64,000 bases of DNA from Motiliproteus sp. (lineage in GTDB: Bacteria > Pseudomonadota > Gammaproteobacteria > Pseudomonadales > Balneatricaceae): the NCBI GenBank assembly GCA_036960175.1, contig JBALWH010000007.1, positions 23,462 to 87,461 on the forward strand, given 5' to 3'. Every line of letters starts with the position of its first letter. Positions within the stretch are counted from its first letter, which is position 1. Of this stretch, positions 1-8,245 are shown one piece after another. The notes beneath the pieces are model-generated. The model was not told the origin of the DNA and did not search any database. It saw only the letters and a program-made list of their open reading frames with translations. The position numbers and the translations under genes are program-made.

Positions 1-177
1 TCCTAAGTGGACCATGTTTTTACGAAAGTCCTGGGGAAGGGTGATGTTGCCGCTGTCGTCTACGGAAGGGCTAAAGGGCTCCATTGCTGTAGCCGTTTGG
101 GTTAGACCGAGGCTGGCGGTAAACCCAGCGATGAGCAGCATATTGTTGTTAGAAAAATTAAGGTTAAAGCGTGCCAT
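1..177 (-). CDS. Cytochrome P460 family protein, N-terminal part (runs off window edge; absent from ORF track)
   Basis: Manual translation from ATG at 177: MARFNLNFSNNNMLLIAGFTASLGLTQTATA-MEPFSPSVDDSGNITLPQDFRKNMVHLG. Signal peptide followed by a P460-type 'F.P.VD..GNI.LP.DFR..MVHLG' start; AAGGAG RBS upstream. The heme motif lies outside the window. Confidence 0.7.
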   Translation of the reverse strand, partial: MARFNLNFSNNNMLLIAGFTASLGLTQTATAMEPFSPSVDDSGNITLPQDFRKNMVHLG

Positions 178-292
178 GGTGGTCTCCTTGATGGCTCATT
201 CGATTGCTTATCCATCACCAATGTAACGAAACCTCGATAGCGGGGGTCTTTAGATCGTCTTTAATCTGAACCCAATCGTCCAAGGAGACTTT

Positions 293-1120
293 ATGGACCG
301 GCTGTCTGAATTGCTGAACCATTTTTCGATGACTGCGACGGTGTTCTACAGTGGCAATTTATGTGCGGTGTCCCGGTTTGAGGATCCCGACTGTCAGGTA
401 GGGCACATCCATATTCTGCGGTCCGGGCGAATGACCGTCAGTCATCCTCAGGAAGAGTTATTGGAGCTGAATCAGCCCACTATTTTGTTTTACCCGGAAC
501 CCACCCCTCATCGCATTCAATCCAGTGCCGAGCAGTCTGCGGAATTAGTCTGTGCCGCGTTAAACTATGGGATTGGCGCAGGGAATTCTTTTGCCCAAAG
601 TTTGCCATCGCCGGTAGTGCTTCCCCTTGCCGAAAGTGCTGATTTGGATGTTGTTACTGAGCTGCTATTTACCGAGGCTTTCAACCCCAGCCAAGGAAGC
701 CGGGCGATGATAAATCGATTGGTGGAGCTCTTTCTGATACAAGTATTCCGCCACTTCATTGCGAAAGGAACGGTGAAAGCGGGAGTGTTAGCGGGGTTGG
801 CTGATCCGCTATTGGTCAAGGTTATGGATGCAATCCATAGCAATGCAGAAGCGGGGATGGATCTGTCACAGATGGCAAATATGGCGGCGATGTCCCGCTC
901 GTCCTTTGCTGAACATTTTCGTCGTGTTGTCGGGCAATCGCCTGGAGATTATCTGATGGAATGGCGGGTCAGTTGCGCGCAGTTGTTGCTGAAGCAGGGG
1001 CGTCCGTTAAGCTGGATTGCGAATCAGGTAGGCTACGCCAGTCCGTCCAGTCTGGCTCGAGCGTTTCGGAAAAAGACCGGGCTTTCTCCGGGGCAATGGT
1101 TGCAGCAGTTTCATTACTAA
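293..1120 (+). CDS. AraC family transcriptional regulator with N-terminal cupin domain
   Basis: MDRLSELL start, C-terminal double HTH (MSRSSFAEHFRRVVGQSP...IANQVGYASPSSLARAFRKKTGLSP); divergent from the P460 gene. Confidence 0.9.
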   Translation: MDRLSELLNHFSMTATVFYSGNLCAVSRFEDPDCQVGHIHILRSGRMTVSHPQEELLELNQPTILFYPEPTPHRIQSSAEQSAELVCAALNYGIGAGNSFAQSLPSPVVLPLAESADLDVVTELLFTEAFNPSQGSRAMINRLVELFLIQVFRHFIAKGTVKAGVLAGLADPLLVKVMDAIHSNAEAGMDLSQMANMAAMSRSSFAEHFRRVVGQSPGDYLMEWRVSCAQLLLKQGRPLSWIANQVGYASPSSLARAFRKKTGLSPGQWLQQFHY

Positions 1121-1456
1121 GTGGCTGCAGTTCCGGGTCGAGAGGAAGCAGGTGATTAGCTATCTCGCTTGCCCGCTACATACTCTTTACGTTTGATGCA
1201 GTGTTTAAAATTAGTCGTGCTGCACTTTTCACTATTACAAATGAAGGCACAGCGGCCGCTCTCTTCCGGTACCTCGCGAATACAAGAGGTGAATAGCTTC
1301 TTAAACGTACACATTAATGCAGATAACATTGCTTGCACCTATAACCCAAACGGATGAAACGACTGTTTAGATTGTAAATCAACAAGTGATTATTATCCGT
1401 GATTTAGGTCAGGATTTGATTGGGTTGTTAGCTTTGGTTTGTGCAAGGCTTGGCTG

Positions 1457-3220
1457 TTATCGTTGGGAAGCGTTCAGCATATGGCTGATCAGTGCTCGTA
1501 ACTTTCCGGGTTTAACCGGTTTGTTCAGCCGGACCAGGCCGCGCTGTTGAAACAGCTGCCGCACCTCATCGCTGCGATCGGCGGTAATCATGATGGTCGG
1601 CGGTAGCTGGCCTATATCTGCATAGATCTGGTCTAGTACGTGCAAACCGGTGAGGTCATGCTCCAGATGGTAGTCGGCGAGAATGATGTCGGGTAACTGT
1701 TGACGGCAAGCATACAGGGCCTGTGCCGTGTCTTCTGCCGCAGTCGTCAACGCGCCCCATTCCTGCAGTAATACCTGCATGCTATGGGTAATGGCCTCTT
1801 CGTTGTCGATGACTAGGATTCTTGCTCCGGTCAAATCTGATGCCATGGCTGGTTGCTGGTTATTGCTGGCCACCAAGGATTGCTGCTCGCTTAGCGGAAC
1901 GATAACGGAAAAACAGGAGCCTTTGCCGACCACGGAGGAGAGTCTTACCGGGTGTTCGAGCATATGAGAAATGCGCTCGACGATGGCCAGCCCTAAACCG
2001 ACTCCCTTATCTCTGCCGCGAACGAAATTCTCCAGCTGTTGGAATTCTCGGAAAATATCCTGCTGGCGATCTTCGGGTATCCCTGGGCCGGTGTCGCATA
2101 TGATGATACGCAGACGCCCTTGCTGACGACGGCAACCCAGTAAAATCCTGCCCTTTGGGGTATAGCGGATGGCATTGCTCAATAGATTGCGCAGTATGCG
2201 CATCAGCAAGCGAGAATCGGAATGGACGATGGCCTGGCTGGCGACCACTGTTAATCGCAGCCCCGCCTTTTTAGCAACAGGTTTGAATTCGGTGCGTAAC
2301 GCTATCAGCAAATCATTGATGGCGAACTCTCGATAATCAGGAGTGATAGCGTTGGCATCCAGTTTGGAGATATCCAGTAGGTCGGTCAGTAGTTCTTCGG
2401 CGCCTAGCAGGGCAACGTGAATTCGATGTACCAGAGTAGTATCGCGCTCCGCTAATTGCCGTTCCTGCAGGGTCGAAACCAGAAGGCGGGCAGCATTGAG
2501 TGGTTGCAGCAGATCGTGGCTGGCAGCCGCCAGGTATTTATCTTTACTCTGGTTAGCCTGTTCGGCCTCTTGTTTGGCCGCTTGCAGTGCTAGCTGAATC
2601 TCTTGTCTATCGGTGATTTCCCCGCGGAGCTGGGTGTTAGCTGAGCGCAGCTCTTTCGTGCGACGGTTTACTCGTTGTTCTAGCGTCGCATTCAGGTTGG
2701 TCAAGCTATTTTGGGCTTTCCTGCGCTCGGTAATATCCTGTACAAAGGCCTCGATCAGGGCGGGGTTGCGGCTTTTCAGTAACACGTTCATCGAAACATC
2801 AACGGCAGCGCCGGAGGGGGTTTTTAGCTGGGTCTCAAAGGCCAGTTTTTTACCCTCTTGCAGTAGTTCTTTCAGCAGCTGCTGATAATCATGATGGCTA
2901 TTGAACAGCTGGTAGCCGATATCCTCGATAGATGCGCAGAGGGTGTCAGTGGATTCGTAGCCGCAGATTGCTGCGATAGCTGGGTTAGCACTGGTGATGG
3001 TGCCATCGATCTCCGCCTGAAAAATACCATGGAGGGCGTTCTCAAATAGCCACTTGTAACGATCTTTTTCCAGCGTCAGTTCATCGATCTTATGCTGCAG
3101 CTCAGGGTAATAGTTTTTACGTGCAGAGAAATCCCCCAGGCCGATCAGGTTTTCGATCAGGGCAGTGTCATCGGAAGGCGTCGATGGTGGGTTTTGGGAA
3201 GGCTTAAAGTGCTTCCTCAT
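1457..3220 (-). CDS. ercS: Hybrid PAS sensor histidine kinase/receiver, ErcS-like
   Basis: SARKNYYPELQ N-terminal motif, PAS, H-box AASHDLLQPL, G-boxes, C-terminal receiver; overlaps the ercA stop. Start at 3220 chosen (track uses 3238). Confidence 0.8.
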   Translation of the reverse strand: MRKHFKPSQNPPSTPSDDTALIENLIGLGDFSARKNYYPELQHKIDELTLEKDRYKWLFENALHGIFQAEIDGTITSANPAIAAICGYESTDTLCASIEDIGYQLFNSHHDYQQLLKELLQEGKKLAFETQLKTPSGAAVDVSMNVLLKSRNPALIEAFVQDITERRKAQNSLTNLNATLEQRVNRRTKELRSANTQLRGEITDRQEIQLALQAAKQEAEQANQSKDKYLAAASHDLLQPLNAARLLVSTLQERQLAERDTTLVHRIHVALLGAEELLTDLLDISKLDANAITPDYREFAINDLLIALRTEFKPVAKKAGLRLTVVASQAIVHSDSRLLMRILRNLLSNAIRYTPKGRILLGCRRQQGRLRIIICDTGPGIPEDRQQDIFREFQQLENFVRGRDKGVGLGLAIVERISHMLEHPVRLSSVVGKGSCFSVIVPLSEQQSLVASNNQQPAMASDLTGARILVIDNEEAITHSMQVLLQEWGALTTAAEDTAQALYACRQQLPDIILADYHLEHDLTGLHVLDQIYADIGQLPPTIMITADRSDEVRQLFQQRGLVRLNKPVKPGKLRALISHMLNASQR

Positions 3221-4367
3221 AAACGACCTCGACATCACGTTTGTTGGATTTGCGGGGGTTGGTGAGGATGCAGGGGTCCTTTACTGCTTTTCTGGATAGT
3301 TCCGGGATATCGGAGCTGCGTACTCCTGCTTCTTTCAGTCGCTGGGTTAAGCCAACATCGCTCTTTAATTTGCGTACCGATTTCAGCAGCTGTTGTTTTA
3401 CCTGCTTTGGCCTCATGCCGCGGACGTCGATACCGACGGTTTCGGCAACAATGCGGAACTTTTCTTCTGACGATGGGAAGTTATAGTCGATGACATGTTC
3501 CAGCAAGATGGCGTTGCAGAGGCCGTGGGGCAGGTCAAGGTGGCCTCCGAGACTGTGAGACATGGCATGAACCGCACCTAGAATCGCATTAGAGAATGCG
3601 AGGCCCGCTTGCATGCTGCCGAGCATTACCTGGCCGCGAAGATGAATATCACTGGGGTCGGCCACCAGCGCTGTGAGATTGCTGGATACCAATTTGATGG
3701 CCTGCAGGGCGTGCATGTCGGTCATAGGGCCGCTGGCCGTCGATACATAAGCCTCAACGGCGTGAACCAGCGCATCGACACCGGTGCAGGCAGTCAGGAA
3801 GGGGTCCATGGTGAGGGTGGTTTCAGGGTCGATCAAAGAGACGTCGGGTACCACGGCTTTGCTGATAATGGATATTTTATTGCGGGTTTCAGGATCGGTA
3901 ATGATGGCGAATTGTGAGACATCTGCAGAGGTGCCGGCGGTGGTGGGGATGAATACCAGCGGTGGAATCGGTGCAGATATCTGGTCGACCCCTTCAAAAG
4001 TCAAAATGTGTCTTGGGTTGGTGCTGATAATGCCGATGCCTTTAGCGCAATCCATGGGGCTGCCGCCGCCGATAGCAACGATCATATTGCAGCCTTCCTG
4101 CTTATAAAATGCTGCGCCTCGCATCACCTCTTCTGCCCGTGGGTTGGGACTTACCTGAGTATAGAGTCGATAGTCGATGCCGACAGCAGCGAGGCTGTCT
4201 TCAACATCCTTCACCCAGCCAGCCGCCTGAACTCCTGGGTCAGATACGATAAGCACGCGTTGGGCGCCAAAGGTGCGGGCAAAGTTGCCGACGGTCTTAC
4301 GGGCGCCAGCACCGAAAACAATTTCAGGGGAAACAAACTTTCTAAGGTTGGTGAAATCAGTGCTCAT
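3204..4367 (-). CDS. ercA: Iron-containing alcohol dehydrogenase family regulatory protein, ErcA-like
   Basis: LRKFVSPEIVFGAG start, GGGSPMD, PTTAGT, DALVH, HAMSHSLGG..LPHG metal ligands; directly upstream of the ercS-like kinase. Start MSTDF at 4367 gives 387 aa. Confidence 0.85.
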   Translation of the reverse strand: MSTDFTNLRKFVSPEIVFGAGARKTVGNFARTFGAQRVLIVSDPGVQAAGWVKDVEDSLAAVGIDYRLYTQVSPNPRAEEVMRGAAFYKQEGCNMIVAIGGGSPMDCAKGIGIISTNPRHILTFEGVDQISAPIPPLVFIPTTAGTSADVSQFAIITDPETRNKISIISKAVVPDVSLIDPETTLTMDPFLTACTGVDALVHAVEAYVSTASGPMTDMHALQAIKLVSSNLTALVADPSDIHLRGQVMLGSMQAGLAFSNAILGAVHAMSHSLGGHLDLPHGLCNAILLEHVIDYNFPSSEEKFRIVAETVGIDVRGMRPKQVKQQLLKSVRKLKSDVGLTQRLKEAGVRSSDIPELSRKAVKDPCILTNPRKSNKRDVEVVYEEAL

Positions 4368-4573
4368 ACGGCGGGCCTGGTTATAGTTCTTCGTTGTTGT
4401 CACTCAGTGATTCGCTGGTAAAAAAGATAACGATGTCTGTTATCTGTCGCTGAGACTCTGTCCTTAGAGTGTCTGATTTTAGCATGCAAATAGGTTAGAC
4501 GGTGGGGCTATCCTGATGATCTGGATTAGCCTTTAGCAGGGGCTTGGAAAAACCCTTAGGAAGCCACAGCGAT

Positions 4574-5365
4574 TTAGGCCAGTTGCTTCTCTGTCGGGCA
4601 AATTTGTATGGAGGGGTTAGTACTCAGGGGTGGGGCTTTGTCACACGTATTTAGCGTCCTTAATTCTTCTTCCATTTTTTGTATATCTTCGGGCGTGCGT
4701 AATGCGGGAGCCAGCGCAGGGCGATATTCTTTGTTCTGGCGAATGGGCAGGCGATCAAAGATAAGTATCCGATCCGCCAATCGCAGGGCCTCGCGGATAT
4801 CGTGAGTCACCAGTAATATGGATAGTTTCGGGTGCTTTTCCCGCAGTAGCTGTAGCTGCTGATAGAGTATTTTCAGGTTGGTCTCATCCAATGATACGAA
4901 AGGTTCATCCATCAGAATCAATTGCGGTTCAATCAACAGGCAGCGAGCTAAAGCCACGCGTCGCGCCATTCCCAGAGATAATTGGGCCGGGTAAAGGTCG
5001 AGGCAGTTCTGCAGCCCCATCTGCTTGAGCAGATGATTGATCTTAGTGTCTAGTCCTTCGCGGAGTGACGGATCTGCTGCGGTTGCTTGGCAGCCCTTGA
5101 CGACTAGTTCGAGGTTTTGCTGTACCGTTCGCCATGGTAGTAAACGGGGTTCCTGAAACATGTAGCTGATGCGATAGTTCTGGGATTGTTCGATGGCACC
5201 CTGGTAGTCGTTGTCGATGCCGGCGATCATATTCAGCAGTGTGGTCTTGCCGCAGCCGGAGGGCCCTAATAGGCACAGTAATTCGCCGCTGGCCAATGAC
5301 ATTTGAAAGTCGTCAAACAGCGTGGCAGAGCCGAAATCTTTTTGTTCTATGTTGACGCTTAGCAT
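4574..5365 (-). CDS. ABC transporter ATP-binding protein (NitT/TauT type)
   Basis: Walker A GPSGCGKT, LSLGMARR signature, LMDEPF; ATG at 5365 overlaps the permease stop. Confidence 0.9.
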   Translation of the reverse strand: MLSVNIEQKDFGSATLFDDFQMSLASGELLCLLGPSGCGKTTLLNMIAGIDNDYQGAIEQSQNYRISYMFQEPRLLPWRTVQQNLELVVKGCQATAADPSLREGLDTKINHLLKQMGLQNCLDLYPAQLSLGMARRVALARCLLIEPQLILMDEPFVSLDETNLKILYQQLQLLREKHPKLSILLVTHDIREALRLADRILIFDRLPIRQNKEYRPALAPALRTPEDIQKMEEELRTLNTCDKAPPLSTNPSIQICPTEKQLA

Positions 5366-6138
5366 GTGCTTGGGTGCCTCCGCCAGCGTTGTTGATGGTT
5401 TTCCAAGGGCTGCAGAATGGTCCATTCGACTAGCTGTACGATTATTATAAAGCTTAGGCTGTAGGCCAGGATAGTGACTACATCAAACATCTGAAATGCT
5501 AGGTGTAGCTGGAATCCAACGCCATCGCTGCGGCCTAGTAATTCCACCACTAATACGATCTTCCAGATCAATGCCAGACCGCTGCGGGCGGCGATCAGAA
5601 AGTAAGGGGCGAGTTGCGGCAGCAGCAGATCTTTAAATCGGCACCAGGCATTGAGTCGATAGACGTGGGCGAGGTCGGTGTAATCAGGGTTTAGATTCTG
5701 GGTGCCTTGGCGCAGGGTGATAACGACGTTTGGAACTTTGTTGATCACCACCGCAATAATAGCGGCGGTTTCAGACAGTCCGATCCAAAGATAAAACAGC
5801 AGAATAATGACCAGTGCAGGAATATTTAGCAACAGTATCAGCACGGGGTCAGCTAGGCGGTTGAAGCCGTCGTAGAGCCCCATGATAATGCCGATCATTG
5901 AGCCAATCAGCATCGCTACGGTGAAGGTGATGACCACCCGCTGCAAGGTCGCACCCAGGTGCAGACTGAGGTCGCCCTTGAGCCACTCTGAGTGTATCGC
6001 CATCACGACTTCCAACGGTCCCGGCAGCAGTGGGTTTTGCAGAAACTGGGCCAGCAGCTGCCAGGCAAGCAGCAAAAGCATCATGGTGATCAACTGTTGC
6101 CTTAGGCTTTTTAGCCATGGTCGGGTAAGCATCTTCAT
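5359..6138 (-). CDS. ABC transporter permease (NitT/TauT type)
   Basis: Multiple TM helices, WKIVLVVELLGRSDGVG motif. Confidence 0.9.
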   Translation of the reverse strand: MKMLTRPWLKSLRQQLITMMLLLLAWQLLAQFLQNPLLPGPLEVVMAIHSEWLKGDLSLHLGATLQRVVITFTVAMLIGSMIGIIMGLYDGFNRLADPVLILLLNIPALVIILLFYLWIGLSETAAIIAVVINKVPNVVITLRQGTQNLNPDYTDLAHVYRLNAWCRFKDLLLPQLAPYFLIAARSGLALIWKIVLVVELLGRSDGVGFQLHLAFQMFDVVTILAYSLSFIIIVQLVEWTILQPLENHQQRWRRHPSTC

Positions 6139-6157
6139 TATTGCCTGCAGCCGTTAC

Positions 6158-7183
6158 TTATTGGGTTGGCGTTTGCTGTTCGGACCAGAAAGTATCTGGG
6201 TCTAGCTGTTGATGCTTGCCCATTAGCTCCGAGCCGCCGATGCCAGCAAGCAGGGTAAACATCTGCTGTGCTTGTTGTTGGAGCTTAGCAGACAGGGGGG
6301 TTGGGATGCCGGCCAAATAGCCGGCCTTAAGTCGTTCAAATACGGCCGTGGTTTTAGCACCCATTAGCGGGCGGAGTCGTTGCCAGGCATCCGGCTGGTC
6401 ACGAAGGTGATATTTGCTTTGCATTGAGGCGGCTTGCAGGGCTTTGACGCGGTCGGGGTATTGTTGTGCCCACTGCTGATGGAACACCAGCCCTAGCATG
6501 GGTAAGTCGTTATCCAGCCCCAGCTGTGCGCTTATCTGTTTTAGATCTAGCAGGCTTCTATGACCTTTGCCTTCGAGTCGGGCGGCGTAGTGCCAGAATG
6601 TCAGCACCGCATCTATTTGGCCCCGTTCCAGAGCGGCATTCAATAGCGGCGGGGCGGCGAATTGCTGCTGGCTGCTTTGCTTAAGATCAAATCCTTGCTG
6701 CAGGGCACCGGCGCGTAACAGTAGCCAGCCTTTGTCAGCCGGTCCACCGGCAATACCAATGCGCTTGCCTTTAAGATCGGCCAAAGATTCGATGGCGGAG
6801 CCCTTAGGCACCATTAGCTTACCGATGGAGGATGAATAGGGAATGAACTGTAGCGGGATGCCTCGATTTCTCTGCTGGGAAACCCAAATCCAATCCGCGA
6901 CAATGACATCGGCACTACGGCTCATCAGCGCCGTGCGGGTAGCGGTCATGCTGGCCAGGGCTATGGTCTTCAGTCGGAAACCGGATTTCTCGTCAAAGTG
7001 CTGGTGGGCCATGGTGTCGAGCTCCCAGTTAAGGGTGCCGAACTTCAGGGTCGCGACTCGTATTTCGGGCAGTGGTTGTGACTCATCTGACCAGGCCGGG
7101 CGGACGGCGCCGAAGACCAGCATGCTGATTAGCAGTCCGGCACTAAAGACCTTATTGAGCGTGTTTGCTGTGTTCATTTCCAT
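6158..7183 (-). CDS. ABC transporter substrate-binding protein (NMT1/THI5-like)
   Basis: Signal peptide, GTLNWEL motif, LADLKGKRIGIAGG; first gene of the ABC operon. Confidence 0.85.
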   Translation of the reverse strand: MEMNTANTLNKVFSAGLLISMLVFGAVRPAWSDESQPLPEIRVATLKFGTLNWELDTMAHQHFDEKSGFRLKTIALASMTATRTALMSRSADVIVADWIWVSQQRNRGIPLQFIPYSSSIGKLMVPKGSAIESLADLKGKRIGIAGGPADKGWLLLRAGALQQGFDLKQSSQQQFAAPPLLNAALERGQIDAVLTFWHYAARLEGKGHRSLLDLKQISAQLGLDNDLPMLGLVFHQQWAQQYPDRVKALQAASMQSKYHLRDQPDAWQRLRPLMGAKTTAVFERLKAGYLAGIPTPLSAKLQQQAQQMFTLLAGIGGSELMGKHQQLDPDTFWSEQQTPTQ

Positions 7184-7387
7184 CTCCTGAAACAGCCGCT
7201 ACTCGGCACCAGAGACAGGTTCGTGTAATGGAGGTCCGGGGGAGGGTGCTTTGTTCTACAATAAGGCGGTCAGCAGGATGAAAGTATAGTACTTTCGGGT
7301 CCTTATGAGGGCTCAAAGGTAGGATGGCCGAAATGTCTAAAAGAGGTTCTAATAGATTTGAGTATCAATAATAAAAGGAGTAGCTTC

Positions 7388-8191
7388 ATGTTAGCTTCGA
7401 ATGACGCAGCCCAGAGTATGGATGCTGTAGCGAGTGACGATGGAGTCTTGGTCCCAGGTGTTTCTGGCGTCGTTAATGAAGCGGACACTACAACAATGAA
7501 CGGGGTGCTTCCTTCTGTGTATAAATTGCTAATTGCCGATGATCATCCGCTCTTTCGTGAAGCTATTGCTGATGTTATTTGCAGTCGCTATCCTGATGCT
7601 GAAATCCTTGAGTCGGACACTCTTGAGTCGGCACTGGAGACTGCTCAGCGCTACGATGATCTGGATCTAATTCTGCTGGATCTTAATATGCCCGGAATGA
7701 ATGGGCTAAACGGACTGATGCAGCTTCGTAATGAAGCACCTTCCATTCCGGTGGTGATTGTTTCTGCAGAAGAAGAGAAAAGCATTGTTTTGCAGGCGAT
7801 GACGTATGGCGCTGTCGGATTTATTATCAAATCCTTAGCTCGAGAGAAGATGACAGATGCTCTGGATCAAGTTTTGGCGGGTCAGGTCTATCTACCCTCC
7901 GATGTTATACGATCGTCTCAGCCCAGCACGCGTTCCAGCTCTCACCGTCAGTCTGATGATAAACAGCTACCGCCAGAATTGTTAAATAGTCTGACTCGTC
8001 GTCAACTGTTGGTGCTGGAACGCATGGCTAGCGGTGAATCCAACAAGCAGATCGCCTATAAACTGAATATTGCTGAAACGACGGTTAAAGCTCATGTGTC
8101 TGCGATACTAAGAAAGCTTAAAGTTCATAACCGTATTCAGGCCGCACTGGCCGCCGGTAATATCGATTTTAATCAGTATTTGAAACGCTGA
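7388..8191 (+). CDS. agmR: NarL/LuxR-family response regulator AgmR (ErbR)-like, with N-terminal extension
   Basis: From [17 protein letters not shown] to [11 protein letters not shown] it closely follows P. aeruginosa AgmR/ErbR as recalled. AAGGAG lies 7 nt before ATG 7388; alternative start is GTG 7517. Confidence 0.8.
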   Translation: MLASNDAAQSMDAVASDDGVLVPGVSGVVNEADTTTMNGVLPSVYKLLIADDHPLFREAIADVICSRYPDAEILESDTLESALETAQRYDDLDLILLDLNMPGMNGLNGLMQLRNEAPSIPVVIVSAEEEKSIVLQAMTYGAVGFIIKSLAREKMTDALDQVLAGQVYLPSDVIRSSQPSTRSSSHRQSDDKQLPPELLNSLTRRQLLVLERMASGESNKQIAYKLNIAETTVKAHVSAILRKLKVHNRIQAALAAGNIDFNQYLKR

Positions 8192-8245
8192 TATCCTTGC
8201 TAGATAAGGGCTGCATTTGCGGTCCTTTCTCTAGCTATTTCAACT

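Noticed and set aside
1156-1338. Cys-rich 60-aa minus-strand ORF between araC and ercS
   Set aside because: Weak RBS, no recognisable motif, and an equally long overlapping ORF on the other strand; cannot be distinguished from chance.
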